DNA of 64,000 bases from Macrostomum hystrix (lineage: Eukaryota; Animalia; Platyhelminthes), in the NCBI GenBank assembly GCA_950097015.1, contig CATNEN010000005.1, forward strand, positions 2,542,001 to 2,606,000, given 5' to 3'. Position 1 is the first letter of the stretch. Every line of letters starts with the position of its first letter. The translations under genes were made by a program, and so were the position numbers. Under the pieces are notes generated by a model. That model saw only the letters and a list, made by a program, of their open reading frames with translations. It had not been told where the DNA came from and searched no databases. Below are positions 61,301-64,000 of the stretch, in pieces.

Positions 61301-63840
61301 AGACCATTTCCGAAGTCCCTAATCTATCAAAGAACATTCCGTAGGTCCCAAATCTACCATAGAACATTCCGTAGGTCCTAAATCTACCATAGAACATTCC
61401 GTAGGTCCCAAATCTACCATAGAATATTCCGTAGGTTCTAAATCTACCATAGAACATTCCGTAGGTCCCAAATCTACCATAGAATATTCCGTAGGTTCTA
61501 AATCTACCATAGAACATTCCCTAGGTCCTAAATCTACCATAGAACATTCCGTAGGTCCTAAATCTACCCTAGAACATCCCCTAGGTCCTAAATCTACCAT
61601 AGAACATTCCCTAGGTTTTAATTATCTATCACAGAAAGTCCCTGGGTTCTCATTTTTAAATCTACCATAGACTATTCTTTAAGTCCAAAAAATAGCATAG
61701 ACTACTCCCTAGGTTCTAAATCTATGCCATAGATCACTCCCAAGAACCCTTCGTTAAATATGGGTTCTAAATCTATGCCATAGATCACTCCCAAGAACCC
61801 TTCGTTAAATATCAGTTTAGTGTAAAAACTCATCTGAACCTCACGAACTTACTTGCCACCAAGAAGCTGCCAGAAGACTTCAGTTTCCTGGCCTTCGCAC
61901 AGCAAAACATAGTCTCGACGAGAGATAGTTTTAGCAATGTCTTTGGCAACTTCGCGCTCGTCACCAGTTGTACCCTGAAAAATTTGGTTCGACTTGTTTG
62001 TTTGTCAACTTGAAAGTGCTTCTAGTTGACTTGACAGCCAATCAGTTTTGAGCTAACCTTGCCGCACCAGATGAATATGGCCTGCCTAGAGACTAGTACA
62101 AAAGTGTCATTCGAATTTAGTGAGGCCGACTCAGTTGGCACCTGTTCTGCTTTGGTATTTAGCGCGTTTGTGCCACGAATGCGTAACAGATAAGTCTCGC
62201 CGACTGCTTGATCCTTTTCGTCCTTGCTCCAACCGGCTTTGCCGCCCTGAGCGGACAAGGAAGAATTGAGGGGGGAGAGAAGATTGGATTCTCAATGTAC
62301 TCTCTGGTCTGGACCGTGGACGAAAAGGCCGAATCGATCTGCCAAAAAAGAATGTAAATTTCTTTTCTATCCCTCACTGAGGTAGCCTCAGCGGGGCGAG
62401 TGAATCGCCTGATATGGATAGAGAGCGGTTATTTATTCAGCCTAGAATGTACATACGGACTGTAAATGTACATAGTATTTTTTCTAACCCCCAAATAGCC
62501 ACCCCGTAGACTCAGCCCAGAATAAGCCTTGGAATTAGCCTCAATTATTAGAAAGTAGTTTTATAAGCGAACCGGGGATGAAACTTCGAATAAGCATTTT
62601 TGTTATTGTATAGAAGACTTTGATTAAATAAAGTGATTTTCGCACATTTTAAATTAAATAATGGGGCGGCGTTTGATTGGCCTTGAATGTACATATTTAG
62701 GGGACTGGGGATGTACAAAGACTTTTTCAATACATTTTCCCAAGCCGTTACAATGAATAAGGTAAGTTGTGCATTTTCCCGACAGCACATGCTTTATATA
62801 GAAAAAAAATAAAAGGACTCACGTCGAAAACAATCATGCGACCTTTGAATAGGGCCAGAAAGTGCTGCGGCTCCTTGCCCTGTACAATTCGCACCTGTAC
62901 AGCAGCACCGCCCAACTGATCATCCAGAGCCGTGGCATGCAGAGCAGATGCTCCGCGCTCGTCCAACGAAGACTTTCGACCCTGAAATTACATTAAAAAT
63001 CGGTGCATTATTGCATCATGAGTGGCTGTATGAGTGGTTAGATCGCCGAGTGAACTAACCTGCCAGAAGTACACAATATAGCGCTCGCTGCCAGTGTCCT
63101 TAACTGCGTAGGTGTACAAAATAACGTACGAATCGCCGCCATAGAACTGTCCGTAGAGCACTTTTTCCTGCGGCACCAGTTCCAGGTTTTCGATGCGCCA
63201 GATCTGAAGAAAGGGAGGGAGAAGGGAGAGATGGAACCTGAAGAATGGGAGGTAGAAAAAAAGAGAACTTGTCAGTTCATCACAAACCTGAACCTTCCCG
63301 CTGCCGTCGTCTACCATGCGTGTTTCGGCGGCTAGCTTCGGGCTCTGGTGCATTGTTGAAGCGTCGAACTGGGTTTGCACAGTTTTAGCTGAAGAAATCA
63401 GCAACTGTATTCATTTTTTGTTTATTACAACTGCCTCTTGGTTTGAGAAATTCTAAGCAATACCTAGATAGAGAATTGCTGCAACAGAACTCACCGATTC
63501 GATTAAGTGAGGCCACTTTGCCAGAGTAAAGCGGTGCTGGCCAAGTTTGAAACAGCTGCTTAAACTGAGTAGTCTCGCAGCCCTCGTTGACGCGAGTCAC
63601 CTGCACGTGGCTGGCGTGTTTGCCCAACTTTTCTACGAAACTCTGCGGGTTTTTGGGACGGTTGGAGGCGGTTTGCGGAGCTGTGGTAGAGCAGCTGAAG
63701 GATTCAACGCACTCTGAAAACATTATTTAAAGATCACAAACCAGTGCGTTTGTCATGGCTGCTCGCTTCTCATTTTTATTGCTCAACTTGCCGCACCAGA
63801 TCCACACTCCGTGATTGGCGTTGTCAATAATAAACACGTC
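58377..63840 (-). CDS. VIL1: Villin/advillin-family actin-binding protein, 5'-partial; exons 63840-63742, 63642-63495, 63388-63288, 63203-63060, 62981-62823, 62246-62058, 61974-61853, 60636-60516, 59777-59535, 59419-59216, 58490-58377
   Basis: Gelsolin-repeat motifs ([75 protein letters not shown]) and a C-terminal villin headpiece ([35 protein letters not shown]). All junctions are in phase. Confidence 0.92.
58595..59113. repeat. 22-24-bp minisatellite AAATCCAAGGTGGCTCTACCCCT (villin last intron)
   Basis: Direct tandem copies with variants. Confidence 0.92.
59975..60370. repeat. 26-bp minisatellite TAATCAGCTGTTTAATCCCCCTTTTA, decaying (villin intron)
   Basis: Five near-perfect copies followed by degenerate ones. 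Confidence 0.85.
61290..61625. repeat. 30-bp minisatellite AAATCTACCATAGAACATTCCGTAGGTCCC (villin intron)
   Basis: Direct tandem copies. Confidence 0.92.
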
Positions 63841-64000
63841 CTGGAGTTGTTTTAATTTGATTGGTCGAGAAGTGCGTGAGTCATAGCTATTTTTAGAAAA
63901 TAATTATGACTAAAATAGAGCACGTGACTAGACCTAGCCAATAGAAATTCAGAAGGTAAATTTTAAATCAGCGCCGATTGTGCTACCGTCCTTCAACCAT

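Noticed and set aside
43791-63840. Functional clustering of SETD3 (actin methylase) with villin (actin binding)
   Set aside because: They are on opposite strands and separated by an unrelated gene, so the proximity is most likely coincidental.

Overview
Eukaryotic (metazoan) genomic DNA. The GC-richer exons separated by introns and intergenic spacers filled with private minisatellites resemble the flatworm Macrostomum; this is an inference and is not verified. Six intron-containing protein genes were reconstructed by hand from splice sites and reading phase. (1) A novel secreted prohormone-like protein (-, 5294-6992). (2) An uncharacterised ankyrin-like protein (+, about 17111-23903). (3) A K+-dependent Na+/Ca2+ exchanger NCKX/SLC24 (-, 30710-39301). 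(4) SETD3 (+, 43791-48934). (5) An SRSF3/7-type SR protein (+, 52310-56313). (6) A villin-family gene (-, 58377-63840, 5' part outside the window). About 30 tandem-repeat arrays cover a large share of the window and explain nearly all the long ORFs in the supplied track. Three tRNA-derived SINE families are present. The most striking feature is a tandem pair of type I hammerhead ribozymes 316 nt apart (17805-17849 and 18121-18163, minus strand). They sit in a Pol III A-box/B-box head inside an intron, giving a retrozyme/Sm-alpha-like unit. Other leads are an HDV-ribozyme-like structured 3' end in SINE family C, a candidate poison exon in the SR gene, and one 12-mer core shared by four unrelated minisatellites. 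No prokaryotic features or CRISPR arrays were found.
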